Assembly: GCA_002269645.1 (NCBI GenBank)
Contig: NIVC01000291.1
Span: 696,229-760,228 of the forward strand
DNA from: Macrostomum lignano
Taxonomy: Eukaryota
DNA: 64,000 bases
Direction: 5' to 3'
Shown: positions 1 through 19,069 of the stretch, in pieces
Numbering within the stretch: the stretch's first letter is position 1
Layout of the letters: each line of letters opens with the position of its first letter
Notes under the pieces: model-generated
The model's input: only the letters and a program-made list of their open reading frames with translations
The model's database searches: none
Told to the model about the DNA's origin: nothing
Program-made: the position numbers and the translations under genes

Positions 1-719
1 TGTAACCAGAGCGGTCTGTCCCGATTCCAAATGCCCTTGCTGCTCTACTGTTAGTAAGATTACAAGGTCTGATACATTATTCTATAATATCAGCAACCAT
101 TTTGTTACAAATTTCGCTATTAATCGCATATTCCTACTCATAGTAGCGCAGGTCAGTTTGGGCAGTTTGGGGCCTGTTTTGCTTACTGAGCACCCAACCT
201 CTCGCTGAAGTTTGCTTTCATTACTACTATAAGGCCTTTGATTGTCCATGAAGCAGGTCACAAAGATCAATTATTAATATTAATTAGTTGCATCTACATA
301 ATGAGCCTCTGAGCTGTTTAGTCTGGTGCCAGCACTGCAGTAACAAATTAGTAGCAAAATTTATTCTGAGACTCAATATATGCTTTATTATTCTGCTCTG
401 ATTGCCCAGTGATTTTCTCTCTTATTATTTGCTTAGGAAAATCAGTCAGATTGCGCAATAAATATATAAAGTGCATTGCCAACGCCCATGTAATGCCAAC
501 CAGTCTGGGTCGCTCCCGTTGCCATGGCGTTGCTTAGCCTCGTTGATTGGCGCCCCGCAACGGCATAGTTGCTAAAATTTGTTGCTATGGCTACTGCATT
601 GTGTCTGTTTACATTATTTGTGGTACAGGATATTAACTATGCACTGGGGTACCGAAATTATGTGCATTTTTGTACAATTAATTTCCACTGCAGTTTTTTT
701 CAAATTCTTTCAATAAGTG

Positions 720-1523
720 ACTGCTGGACTTGGAGCCTCACCTTCAGGTGCATGTAGGAAGTCAACAAGTGACTGGGCTTGGCGCCTCACCTTCAGGTGC
801 ATGTAGGAAGTCGATAAGTGACTGGGCTTGGCGCCTCACCTTCAGGTGCATGTAGGAAGTCAACAAGTGACTGGGCTTGGCGCCTCACCTTCAGGTGCAT
901 GTAGGAAGTCAACAAGTGACTGGGCTTGGCGCCTCACCTTCAGGTGCGTGTAGGAAGTCGATTAGTGACTGGGCTTGGCGCCTCACCTTCAGGTGCATGT
1001 AGGAAGTCGATTAGTGACTGGGCTTGGCGCCTCACCTTCAGGTGCATGTAGGAAGTCGATTAGTGACTGGGCTTGGCGCCTCACCTTCAGGTGCATGTAG
1101 GAAGTCGATTAGTGACTGGGCTTGGCGCCTCACCTTCAGGTGCATGTAGGAAGTCGATTAGTGACTGGGCTTGGCGCCTCACCTTCAGGTGCATGTAGGA
1201 AGTCGATTAGTGACTGGGCTTGGCGCCTCACCTTCAGGTGCATTTAGGAAGTCAACAAGTGACTGGGCTTGGCGCCTCACCTTCAGGTGCATGTAGGAAG
1301 TCGATTAGTGACTGGGCTTGGCGCCTCACCTTCAGGTGCATGTAGGAAGTCGATTAGTGACTGGGCTTGGCGCCTCACCTTCAGGTGCATGTAGGAAGTC
1401 GATTAGTGACTGGGCTTGGCGCCTCACCTTCAGGTGCATGTAGGAAGTCAACAAGTGACTGGACTTGGCGCCTCACCTTCAGGTGCATGTAGGAAGTCGA
1501 TTAGTGACTGGACTTGGCACCTC
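720..1523. repeat. 49-bp tandem minisatellite, about 16 copies (GTGACTGGGCTTGGCGCCTCACCTTCAGGTGCATGTAGGAAGTCGATTA)
   Basis: Unit starts at 769, 818 etc. (period 49). Units are near-identical with AACAA/GATTA variants and there are no unique spacers. Confidence 0.97.
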
Positions 1524-1654
1524 AAATTTCAATATTCTTCAGCTGAGGACGCAACATGAGGAGGCTTCAACCTTCAAGCAATTTGATGGTTTGCAGAAAT
1601 TAGCCGGTCTGTGTTAATGAATGAACAATCCAGCTCCATGTACGTAAGTTATAA

Positions 1655-1890
1655 AAGGATAGATAGAATCCTAATTTTCCAAACGAAAACCATTATAAAC
1701 AGAGCTATACGAAAGCTTAGAAAGGCAAGTCATGTCAATAGATCACTGGGTCTGCCTACTATAAAAAAACAATAACAGTTTTTGTGCTGAAAAATCTCCG
1801 TAATGTAGTTTTTGGTAAAACTTGCCTCCTAAATTTTTTTCACGAAATGTAGTTTCTCGTCCTTTCACTTGAGTTATTGAGTAGTCCTTG
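1655..1890. mobile_element. Diverged single-arm relic of the MITE family at 43082-43777
   Basis: Colinear similarity to 43545-43777 (AGAATCCTAATTTT..., CACTGG.TCTGCCT, TTTTTGTGCTGAAAAA, ending GTCCTTG). Confidence 0.6.
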
Positions 1891-2329
1891 GAGCGTACCT
1901 GCATGCTTGAAGAAGTCCTTGTGCTTACGCTAAATCATTCTTGCTTGTCTCTCAATTGCCAGAGGACAGTGGAGAGAGAAATATTGCACTGTACTTCTCT
2001 GCCCCCACCTAGTCTAATAAACATTCTTTGACGGGGAATGAGATTGGGGTGGTGGGCTGCACAGGCTATGTCTTGCTTTATCTGGGTGTACTCGTACTGT
2101 GGGGCATGTACGCATAGCTCTCTACCCCTCTGTGGCCCAGTGTACACCGGCCCCGTTCTGCCCTGCCCAACCCCTAATAGTCCGCGCTGCGGCGGCCAGA
2201 TGCTTTCAGTCAGGCATAGCGTGGGAGAAAAATAAAGAAGCGCCAGTCTTCGTGCTCTCAGACGACAGACACTGGCCAACCAGTTGTGCATTGGCGGCTG
2301 TGGCTGTTGAAGCCGCTGTCTGCACAATA

Positions 2330-9328
<6,999 letters not shown>

Positions 9329-9943
9329 CCAGCAATGCGGGGCGCCTTCGTGCTCTTTTAGTCGCTTCATTCGCCACGTGCCCAGGCCTGTCACCTCAGA
9401 CAGCCAGCTTCGACTTTGATTTTGGATTTTGACTGTACACAACTCTATCTGCTGTATGATAGCAAATCTTTCTGCCCGTTTTATTCTGTTAAGTACTAGT
9501 TTCTATTAATTAGCTCGTAGTAATGAAATTCAGCCAACTGTCACCTGGAGCATTCCACAGTCTGCCAAGCATAGAGTTTAAACTGCTCACCCAGAGGGAG
9601 TTCCAATGAACTCCTCACACTACTTATGTAAGATCTCCCGTCCTTTCTGGGACTGTGCGAAAGATATCAACACATTTTGAATACGAATATGATACCAATT
9701 TCTGCCTAAAGTTGGCTAATTGAAATTTTATGCATTATACTCGTATGAATATATGAGCCGTGATCTGTGAGCCGTTTTGCGTATATGTAATTGGGAGTAA
9801 AAAACGTTTTGCGTTTAAAGCTACTCGTTGGGTGAAGAATGGGAACAGTAGTACGAGCGTATGTGTAAATCTGGTGTAGTCTCGGTATTTGAGACCATTA
9901 AGGAAGGCAATAAGAAATGTGCACGCTTCCTTAACTTCAATTT

Positions 9944-11009
9944 ACTATAGCATTTTGCAAGCTAGTGGAGACTACGAGCAAGTAATTTAATCCAAGATAG
10001 CAAAAAGACATGCATTTTGAGCCTCACTGCTATTTGCCTATGATAAAAAGTGTGTCAAACCGGCAAGCAATTTAATCCAAGATAGCAAAAACACATGCAT
10101 TTTGAGCCTCACTGCTAGTTGCCTTATGATAAAAAGTGTGTCAAACCGGCAAGCAATTTAATCCAAGATAGCAAAAACACATGCATTTTGAGCCTCACTG
10201 CTAGTTGCCTTATGATAAAAAGTGTGTCAAACCGGCAAGCAATTTAATCCAAGATAGCAAAAACACATGCATTTTGAGCCTCACTGCTATTTGCCTATGA
10301 TAAAAAGTGTGTCAAACCGGCAAGCAATTTAATCCAAGATAGCAAAAACACATGCATTTTGAGCCTCACTGCTATTTGCCTTATGATAAAAAGTGTGTCA
10401 AACCGGCAAGCATAATCACCTCCCAGCGATGCAGTCTGTTCGAATTCTTGCCTGCGTGCTAAGTTGGCAATGCTTCTGTTGTTATCGCCTCTGTCGATAG
10501 CGCCGATTATCAATCTATGCTTTTCGTCGCTAATCTTAGCATACTGCACAGGTGGCGCTCCGGCATCTTCGGCAGCGATTCTGTCGATGTCTTCAAAAAT
10601 TGGTGCTGGCTTGGTCACTTTCGTCTGACATGTTGAAAGAACTGAGAGTGGAACGGCATGGACAGCGCTGTTTATGGATTTCAGTGCTTCAATGAGTGCT
10701 CCAAGGATTACATTGCTTGCCGGTTTGACACACTTTTTACCATAGACAACTAGCAGTGAGGCTCAAAATGCATGTGTTTTTGCTATCTTGGATTAAATTG
10801 CCTGCCGGTTTGACACACTTTTTATCATAGACAAATAGCAGTGAGGCTCAAAATGCATGTGTTTTTGCTATCTTGGATTAAATTGCCTGCCGGTTTGACA
10901 CACTTTTTATCATAGACAAATAGCAGTGAGGCTCAAAATGCATGTGTTTTTGCTATCTTGGATTAAATTGCTTGCTCGTAGTCTCTACTAGCTTGCAAAA
11001 TGCTATAGT
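9944..11009. mobile_element. Foldback-like non-autonomous DNA transposon: about 40-bp outer TIRs plus inverted arrays of an 86-bp repeat (5 copies left, about 3 right) around a 300-bp core
   Basis: ACTATAGCATTTTGCAAGCTAGT.GAGACTACGAGCAAG at 9944 and its reverse complement ending at 11009. Repeat period 85-86 at 10064/10150/10236/10321/10407, with inverted copies at 10715-10975. The core encodes YAKISDEKHRLIIGAIDRGDNNRSIANL on the minus strand (HTH-like). Confidence 0.85.
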
Positions 11010-11069
11010 GTTTCGGTACATGTTTATTGAAAACAATAGGTTTTGTAGCTTACATGTACATGTATAATA

Positions 11070-11235
11070 ACCGTTGGACTCACGACTGAGGTCGGGGTTT
11101 CGATTCCTGATCCCACTGGAACAAATTTTGTCCTTGAGCAAGGCACTTAACTCTGCATTGCTTCAGTTCACCCAGCTTTAAAATTGGTTGCCAGCATTAG
11201 CTGGGGTAACTGAGGGTGTGGTGACCCCCCAGTCC
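11070..11235 (+). mobile_element. 5'-truncated tRNA-derived SINE with a conserved central core domain
   Basis: tRNA-like TTGGACTCACGACTGAGGTCGGGG and B-box GTTTCGATTCC, followed by GTCCTTGAGCAAGGCACTTAACTC...TTGC...CACCCAGCT, which resembles the Deu/Nin/Meta SINE core. Confidence 0.62.
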
Positions 11236-11639
11236 TTGGACTGAACAGCCGTAATGCAGCCTTCCGCCCTTCGCAGATGCGCCGCGAAAAAGCTGCGGTT
11301 TTGAGCTGTCGGTTGCACATCTGCATATTAGGGCAGGTGTTCACTGCACTTTGGACTGCCCGGGCTGCCTGCCTGCCCTGCCGGGGTCTGGGCCTCGGCT
11401 CAGCCTGGTGGGCGTGGCGAAACATCTGCTTTATTGCTTTCATCGATTTCTGTTAGGTTGTCCTGGTGAGAGTAAAAATTCAGTACATCACGCATGTAAA
11501 TGTAAGCTAAACACTTCTCCGAGGTATAATATACCGACACAGTGATTGCTCGGTTCCTCATTTCCCCGTTGTCTCCATTTAATGAACTAGAGATACATGG
11601 GGAACTCAAAGTTATGCCCCGCAGGGGCGTAGCAAAGAG

Positions 11640-12655
11640 GGCATCATCAGGGCAGCAAGAGGGCAGGCAACAAGAGGGCAGCAAGAGGGCAGGCAACAAG
11701 AGGGCAGCAAGAAGGCAGGCAACAAGAGGACAGCAAGAGGGCAGCAAGAGAGCAACAAGAGGGCAGCAAGAGGGCAGCAAGAGGGCAGCAAGAGGGCAGC
11801 AAGAGGGCAGCAAGAGGGCAGCAAGAGGGCAGACAGCAAGAGGGCAGCAAGAGGGCAGCAAGAGGGCAGCAAGAGGGCAGGCAGCAAGAAGGCAGGCAGC
11901 AAGAGGGCAGCAAGAGGGCAGCAAGAGGGCAACAAGAGAGCAACAAGAGGGCAGCAAGAGGGCAGCAAGAGGGCAACAAGAGAGCAACAAGAGGGCAGCA
12001 AGAGGGCAGCAAGAGGGCAGCAAGAGGGCAGCAAGAGGGCAGCAAGAGGGCAACAAGAGCAACAAGAGGGCAGCAAGAGGGCAGCAAGAGGGCAACAAGA
12101 GAGCAACAAGAGGGCAGCAAGAGGGCAGCAAGAGGGCAGCAAGAGGGCAGCAAGAGGGCAGCAAGAGGGCAGCAAGAGGGCAGCAAGAGGGCAGACAGCA
12201 AGAGGGCAGCAAGAGGGCAGCAAGAGGGCAGCAAGAGGGCAGGCAGCAAGAAGGCAGGCAGCAAGAGGGCAGCAAGAGGGCAGCAAGAGGGCAACAAGAG
12301 AGCAACAAGAGGGCAGCAAGAGGGCAGCAAGAGGGCAACAAGAGAGCAACAAGAGGGCAGCAAGAGGGCAGCAAGAGGGCAGCAAGAGGGCAGCAAGAGG
12401 GCAGCAAGAGGGCAGCAAGAGGGCAGCAAGAGGGCAGACAGCAAGAGGGCAGCAAGAGGGCAGCAAGAGGGCAGCAAGAGGGCAGGCAGCAAGAAGGCAG
12501 GCAGCAAGAGGGCAGCAAGAGGGCAGCAAGAGGGCAACAAGAGAGCAACAAGAGGGCAGCAAGAGGGCAGCAAGAGGGCAACAAGAGAGCAACAAGAGGG
12601 CAGCAAGAGGGCAGCAAGAGGGCAGCAAGAGGGCAGCAAGAGGGCAGCAAGAAGA
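11640..12655. repeat. About 11-bp purine-rich minisatellite (GCAGCAAGAGG) with higher-order blocks
   Basis: About 1 kb of tandem units. Variant strings such as GCAGACAGCAAG and GCAGGCAGCAAGAAGG recur as larger blocks. Confidence 0.95.
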
Positions 12656-12933
12656 CACAAGTGCCCCAATAGGCTAGCAAAAACTGCATGTTTGCTATTG
12701 AATGACAGCATTTGGCAGCTGATGAAGATAAACAATGATAAGATAACCAAAACAATTTTGGAGCAGATATTAGACATATTCAAGCGGGTTGCTACGATGC
12801 ATTCTAACAACTACATGTAAACATAAGCTGTTACATACAATTCAGAGCACGAATTCCACATAACCCAGAAACCTGGTTGAGGCACAAGTGAAACATTTCA
12901 TGTACTTAGGATACAAAAGGTCAGTGACTTTCA

Positions 12934-15003
12934 TCAGCTCGCACAACGCTTCCGAGCACTCATTGAACTCTTGTGCTGACTGTAAAACTTCACATCCCTG
13001 GTCACCTCGGCGATGTCGAAGTAGTTCGGCCTCCGCTTGGACCACCTGTAGCCGAGGTGCAGAAAGAGGTGGCGGCCCACGGTTTCCGGGCCCGTCAGGT
13101 CGTGCTTCCAGTTGCGCTCCGCGTACCGCCTGCACAGCTGCAGCCGCCTGTCGTGCAGCCGCTTGGCGGCGGCGTCGGTCGACTTCGGACTGGCTGGAAA
13201 AACAAAGCGCAGATTGCAGTGAAACTCGAGCTGGCGGGGCATGCGAGCCGTGCTGTGCACCGCATCATCTTTTAGATATGCAACCCAGACCCTGAGGCTA
13301 GTGCGATTGGGCCTCATGAGTGACCGAGACACGGTTAGAGTGACAGACATATGAGTTTAGAGTGACTGACATATGGGTTAGAGTGACAGACATATGGGTT
13401 TAGAGTGACTGACATATGAGTTGGAGTGACCGACACTGTGGATTAGAGTGACCGATACTGTGGATTAGAGTGACAGACACTGTGGATTAGAGTGACCGAC
13501 ACTGTCGATTAGAATGACCGACGCTGTGGACTAGAGTGACAGACATTGTGAATTAGAGTGACCTAGATGCTGTGGATTAGAGTGACTAAGACACTGTGGA
13601 TTAGAGTGACAGACATTGTGGATTAGAGTGATCTTTGCAGTGGATTAGAATGTTTAATGAATTTTAGGCCAGCTAAGAAAATTCTAATCAAGTTCTAGAA
13701 CTAGTTTAGTTTAACTCTTTCAGTTGGCTCACACTAAAAGCTGACTTTCTGTGAGTAAAACTGTTGTTATAATAGAACTGCCTGAATTTCCTAGAGTGAC
13801 ACTTTGCACTCAATAGTGATCGGTTAAAGAGTAAAGTTAAAATCGTACGGTTGCCTCGATAACTACGAGTGCATATTTAATGGGAGCGACTCACAGCTCT
13901 CCAAAGTTCTGCACTTGCTCCTGAAGTGATGCAAACCGTCGTCAATCAGCGGGCTGAACACGGGCGGGTCCAGCAGCGTCACCACGTGCCTACTGGTGGC
14001 GTTGTCTGTCCACCAGCTCTGCAGCTGGCTGGTGAGCAGGTCGGGACCCGTGGTCGGGCCGGCGCCTCCCGTCTTGTCGTCCACTTCCATCATGGCGAAC
14101 ACGAGACGCAGGAAGAACGGATGTCCGGGCACGGATCCCATGGCGCTGTTCATGGCGCTGAAGTCCTTGCCGTAGAGAATCACAGCGTGCTCCTTGGCCT
14201 CCTGGTCCACGAAGGCCGTGAGGTTTTCGAGGCTCGGGAAGAACGGCTTCACGCACTCGACGTCCATGTCGATGTAGATGCCTGCGGGTCACGGATGTTG
14301 GAGGAGCACCGTCGACTTCCATTGGAATGGATTCTGGGTAGCTACAAGCTAAGCAGAGAAATGATAATTCAGTCGGCAGTTACTCAGCTGAGGCGTGCGA
14401 GCGCTCACCTCCGTAATGATGCAGAACCATGTAGCGGATGCTGTCTCCTCGCTGCACGTGCATCTTGAAGATGAGGAACTTCCGCATGAAGAACGGGTAG
14501 TGGTCATTGATGAAGGCAACGATGTCCTTGTCGGTCCACAGGTAGTACTCCCAGTCGGGGTTCAGCTTGAGGCAGTGTTCAATGTGCTTCCGGTATTCAG
14601 TGAAGATTCGTCGAGTCGTAAAGGTCTGGTGAATGATCTTGGGAATCGCTCCAGGTGTAACTGGGCGCGGTCCAGGCGGTATTGCAATGTTGCTAAAGTC
14701 CACTTTGGGATGCGATTCTTTACCCATGTAACTGTAGGCCAGGATTGCAACGGCCTGAAACGGTTCGGCTGCACTGAAGGAGTGGCCTGCACAGTTTCGC
14801 TGGCAGTGTCCACTGAGCTTTGAGAAAAACGGCCACACCCGTGAATAGCCAGCTGCCCTTATAATGTCTGAATGCATATATTGAGGCTGCATGTATTCAG
14901 TAATTAATTAGTAATAGAAAGTTCCTTTCGCACTCACCATCAGCGCCACGAATGCGGCGAGGAATTTGAAGCGACAGACCGACTGCAGAGAGCCTGGATT
15001 CAT
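12934..15003 (-). CDS. GT32 glycosyltransferase (SUR1/CSH1/OCH1-like, DxD), paralog A. Exons 15003-14938, 14754-14409, 14281-13895, 13193-12934; 352 aa
   Basis: Type II anchor RFKFLAAFVALMAVAILAY; IPKIIHQTF, LNPDWEYYLWTD, DSIRYMVLHHYGGIYIDMDVEC, NSAMGSVPGHPFF, TTGP and FLHLGYRW. The spliced length of 1059 nt is in frame. Confidence 0.9.
13325..13635. repeat. 20-22-bp minisatellite (GACACTGTGGATTAGAGTGACC) in intron 3 of GT32-A
   Basis: Degenerate tandem units. The same family is expanded in paralog B. Confidence 0.9.
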
Positions 15004-17122
15004 GTTCCACTGAGCTTGAGCTGAGTACGGCTGAGTAGGGCTGAGAAATACTGAGTACGGCTGAGAATGGCTGAGTGCGGCTGAGCTGACCTCAACTGTG
15101 GGTTGGCAAATAAAAGATGTTGCAATCCGCTATTCTCTCTGCCTACAAGATCAGAGCAGTTCCTATTATCTGAGTCTTGTCCAATCCTGCCCCGTCTAGA
15201 AAATTTTTGCTCTCCCTTTGCCGCGAGGGCGTACACAGGGCAGACATGTAGTGACAGAGCAGGGTTTTGTTCAGGTACTTTCCAAATTTTTAAGGAGTGC
15301 AATGTACGCTGTTGCATTGTTCCTTCTTTATGCGACTTGATACTCGGGTCGATTCTGCTAACGCACTGGAATCATAGACCTCCGGGAACTGCTTTGCCTA
15401 GGGTTCCCTGCTCAATATTTAACGGAATGGCAGGCGCTAAGTTAGACGACCGTCAGCTCATTTCAACAAATAGTATTGAATATTTTAGCTGAGCTGAGCA
15501 CCTTGAGTTTTTACCTCCATGGTATTTCATTTCTCAATTTTAATCCGATTCAAATGTGTAAAAGCGTACGCATTACGCTCGTAAACGCCAAAAGCATGCT
15601 TAAACCGCTCGTCATCGCGTATTGCCTAGAGTCATTTGATGCTCGAGAAATACATATCGTGCTGCTCAATAGTCATTTTTGAGTGCTTAAATGTCTAGGT
15701 CACGAGTGCGCAGGTGCACAGGTCAAAAAGAAGTGATCCACCTACCGTTTGCACAATCTGCAAGAAGCTCACGTTTGCAGCAATGGAGCACCCGAAGAAA
15801 ACTATCAATACTTTCTAGTGCAGGCGATTTATAAGAAATATCTTTGCATTCGGTTGCGGCATGTACTTCGGAGACTTAACGCTGTGAACACAACAACTGT
15901 GCGTCAGATGCTAATAATTTTCATGGGCCAGTGACTTCAAAATAGCATTGTGCGGTTGACGCCATGAATTTATTGTCTCTACTTGACTCTCATTTGTCTT
16001 GCGCGGTTTGCTTGTAACTCATTTGGCTGTTTGTTTTCGCCTTTTATTGTTTGTTTGTTTGCTGTCTGTCTACGTGCTTGTTTGCTTAGTTGCCTGCTTT
16101 TGTGTCTGCTTTGTATTAATTCCTTTTACATATTTGCTTTCTTACTGGCTTGCCTTCCCATTTGAAAAATTTTCATTTATCCTGCTATGTATAGTCATAC
16201 TTGTAAATATAGCTTTGCAGCTTCTGCAACTGCTATTGCAGAAGCTTCTGGGTGATTATTCTGTGTGAAAGTATACGGCATTCTGAGCTTCTTGTGATGC
16301 TGGTGCCTGTCTGTGATTAGGACAAAAAAATCGAGCTTTTGTCGATTCAGTATTCATCCATGGCCGGCCCCCACATTCTTTTACAGGGCAGAGTTCTCAC
16401 TAAAGCCGAGTTTCCAGTCCCTTCTTTCTATGGTAAATTTATACAGAAGTCCCTGGCAACAACACGGCTTCAACGAGTAGATAAATCTAAAACCTTGTTG
16501 ACTATGGAGTGTCTATGAATTAGATTTAGATTTAGATAGAGTTTGTTCTTGTGCTGTTCTGCTGAGTGTAATAAATGCAGGAATCGCTAAACTTATACAT
16601 TCAAACCGCTCAAATCAAAGTCCAGGCCAATCCATCACTCAGTCTCTTAGATGGTTGATGCAGTGAGTCACTACATTTCACTTCTACTCAAAAACACTAT
16701 TTAAGTGTTATTAATATATTAACACATGCTTTCGTGGTAAGTGACTCACCTTCAGGAGCCCCGGAACTGGGGGTCAGAGGGGGGCAGCTGCCCTATCTCA
16801 ATCAACGCTCAACTGTAAAGAGGAACCCAGCTAGGGAGGTCAAAGTGTTCAAAGACCCCAGCAAAGAAAAAAGTTTCTCTTGAAGGTTCCGAAATAGCGA
16901 AAAATCTTGCTTATCATGCTACTGTGGCTCCGCAATATTTTATCAGTGACCCGGTAAGTTCGTACCCCACCCAACCCCAGGCAGAAAATAGCTCCGGGCC
17001 GACTGCTCACCTTGGGCATCAGAAGAGCGGGTCCCTCTCATGGCGTTGCTTGGTGGAGGCAGCTGCACTGAGTTTTCTGTAATGCCGAATGCTGGGAAAT
17101 TTTCTATGTTGTGGGTTCCCCC

Positions 17123-17293
17123 GCTAAAGTCTTCCAGCTCCGAGCTGTCTGCAGCCATACCGCAGGTATCTCATCTCACGCTAAAGTCTTCCAGCTCCGA
17201 GCTGTCTGCAGCCATACCGCAGGTATCTCATCTCACGCTAAAGTCTTCCAGCTCCGAGCTGTCTGCAGCCATACCGCAGGTATCTCATCTCAT

Positions 17294-17337
<44 letters not shown>
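17123..17337. repeat. 57-bp tandem repeat x3 followed by a (CT)n microsatellite
   Basis: Units at 17123, 17180 and 17237; CT run at 17295-17337. Confidence 0.95.
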
Positions 17338-17342
<5 letters not shown>

Positions 17343-17842
17343 GAGTCGGGGATACCAAATTTGGCTGAGATGTGACAGCCAGCCTCTCCCAGAATTTCAG
17401 GCAGCTTTGTCCCCCATCCTCATTTTCCTTACAGCGCAACTGAGTGACCGGTTGACCTGTGCCCCTCTCCGCTGCATCTCCCACCCGAGGGTCCTGCAGT
17501 GGGAGGATATAATTAAATAATGAAAACTGTACTGAAGTCTATTTTTTAATTTAAAAAGTGGACTAGCGTGATAAAAATGATAGAAGCAATATATCGACAT
17601 TGACAGCTATCGAATTTCTATAATAATAAGACTATCATTAACTTATGCAAAGCAGGAATTCTAGGTTGCAGGTACATAATCAAGGTAGCAGACAGACATA
17701 TCAGGATGAAAAGGCTGCCTCATGCGGGATGACTCAGTTTCAATGTTAGCTGCAGAATTGAGGCAAGGAATTCTCTAGACCTGAAAGTGGCTCTAGCCAA
17801 GGACTAGAGAATTACTTGGTTGAGCACACTGAGCACTGCAGC

Positions 17843-17918
<76 letters not shown>
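17843..17918. repeat. (CT)n microsatellite
   Basis: Direct observation. Confidence 0.97.
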
Positions 17919-17922
<4 letters not shown>

Positions 17923-18359
17923 GCACGGGGGCAACATGAAATATCGGCTGGGGTGAGAAAAGTAAACTACTCGGACCATGAGCACAGCTGACTTTCTTAG
18001 CGCTATGGAAGACGCTACGAGCGTATAAGCGAAAACTGTTTGTCCCAATAGGCCATCGGGCCAGAGAATGTCCATCGCCAAGGTTTAGCGCGTTCTCAGC
18101 AATGCACCCTGACCTGAGCTTGGGTGATTTTGCCTAAATTTGTAGATTGTGCCCACGTACTCCAACCCGTGGCTCAAACCCGTGGCCCATGCGCATCTAG
18201 TCTGCGTAATATTTGCAGTAATTCAACTCAAAGTTTTGCCTCTGTTGAAGCACGAATTATATAAAAGCAACACCTACAGGTGCAAACAGAGAATTCCCAT
18301 ATCTTCCGAGTAAATCCGAATCCGACCCTACATTGCAAGCCGATGATCATAGCGGTTCG

Positions 18360-18707
18360 CCACAGAGTGGATGTCTGCTAGCCACTGAGTGGATATCTGC
18401 TAGCCACTGAGTGGATGTCTGCTAGCCACTGAGTGGATGTCTGCTAGCCACTGAGTGGATGTCTGTTAGCCACTGAGTGGATGTCTGCTAGCCACTGAGT
18501 GGATGTCTGCTAGCCACTGAGTGGATGTCTGCTAGCCACTGAGTGGATATCTGCTAGCCACTGAGTGGATGTCTGTTAGCCACTGAGTGGATATCTGCTA
18601 GCCACTGAGTGGATGTCTGCTAGCCACTGAGTGGATGTCTGCTAGCCACTGAGTGGATGTCTGCTAGCCACTGAGTGGATGTCTGTTAGCCACGGAGTGG
18701 ATGCCTG
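18360..18707. repeat. 22-bp minisatellite (GCCACTGAGTGGATGTCTGCTA), about 15 copies
   Basis: Period 22 (18381, 18403...). Each unit carries the small inverted repeat CCACT-G-AGTGG. Confidence 0.95.
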
Positions 18708-19069
18708 TCAATTGCGGGGTGGACACTGTAGATGTTAACTGCTGAGGGGATATCCGAACTAATGATTCTATAAAATCAAAATCAGCTGATATTCTGGTTG
18801 AAGACAAATTTAGAAACAGACTAGCACCGAAGTACAAAGTCGCTCTGTGGTTTGGCTCAAACTTTATCTAACTTGCAAAACTCGAACAGCCTATTCGTAA
18901 TCAGAGATTTGTACCGCCTGTGCACTCAAAACACCGATATATAAAGCGGAATTCAGAGCACGAATTCCACATAACCCAGAAACCTGGTTTAGGCACAAGT
19001 GAAACATTTGAATAATTTTGAGCAGACTACATTTCATGTACTTAATATAGATAAGGTCAGTGACTTTCA

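Noticed and set aside
720-1523. CRISPR-like appearance of the 49-bp array (also the 54-bp and 25-bp arrays)
   Set aside because: Units are contiguous with no unique spacers, there are no cas genes, and the context is eukaryotic.
11400-12810. Four long ORFs (348-451 aa) on both strands
   Set aside because: They are translations of the 11-bp minisatellite, which has no stops by composition, and there is no domain or splice support.
14755-14892. Longer exon 2 for GT32-A starting at 14886
   Set aside because: The acceptor at 14754 gives an exon length identical to paralog B (346 nt) and a continuous transmembrane helix.
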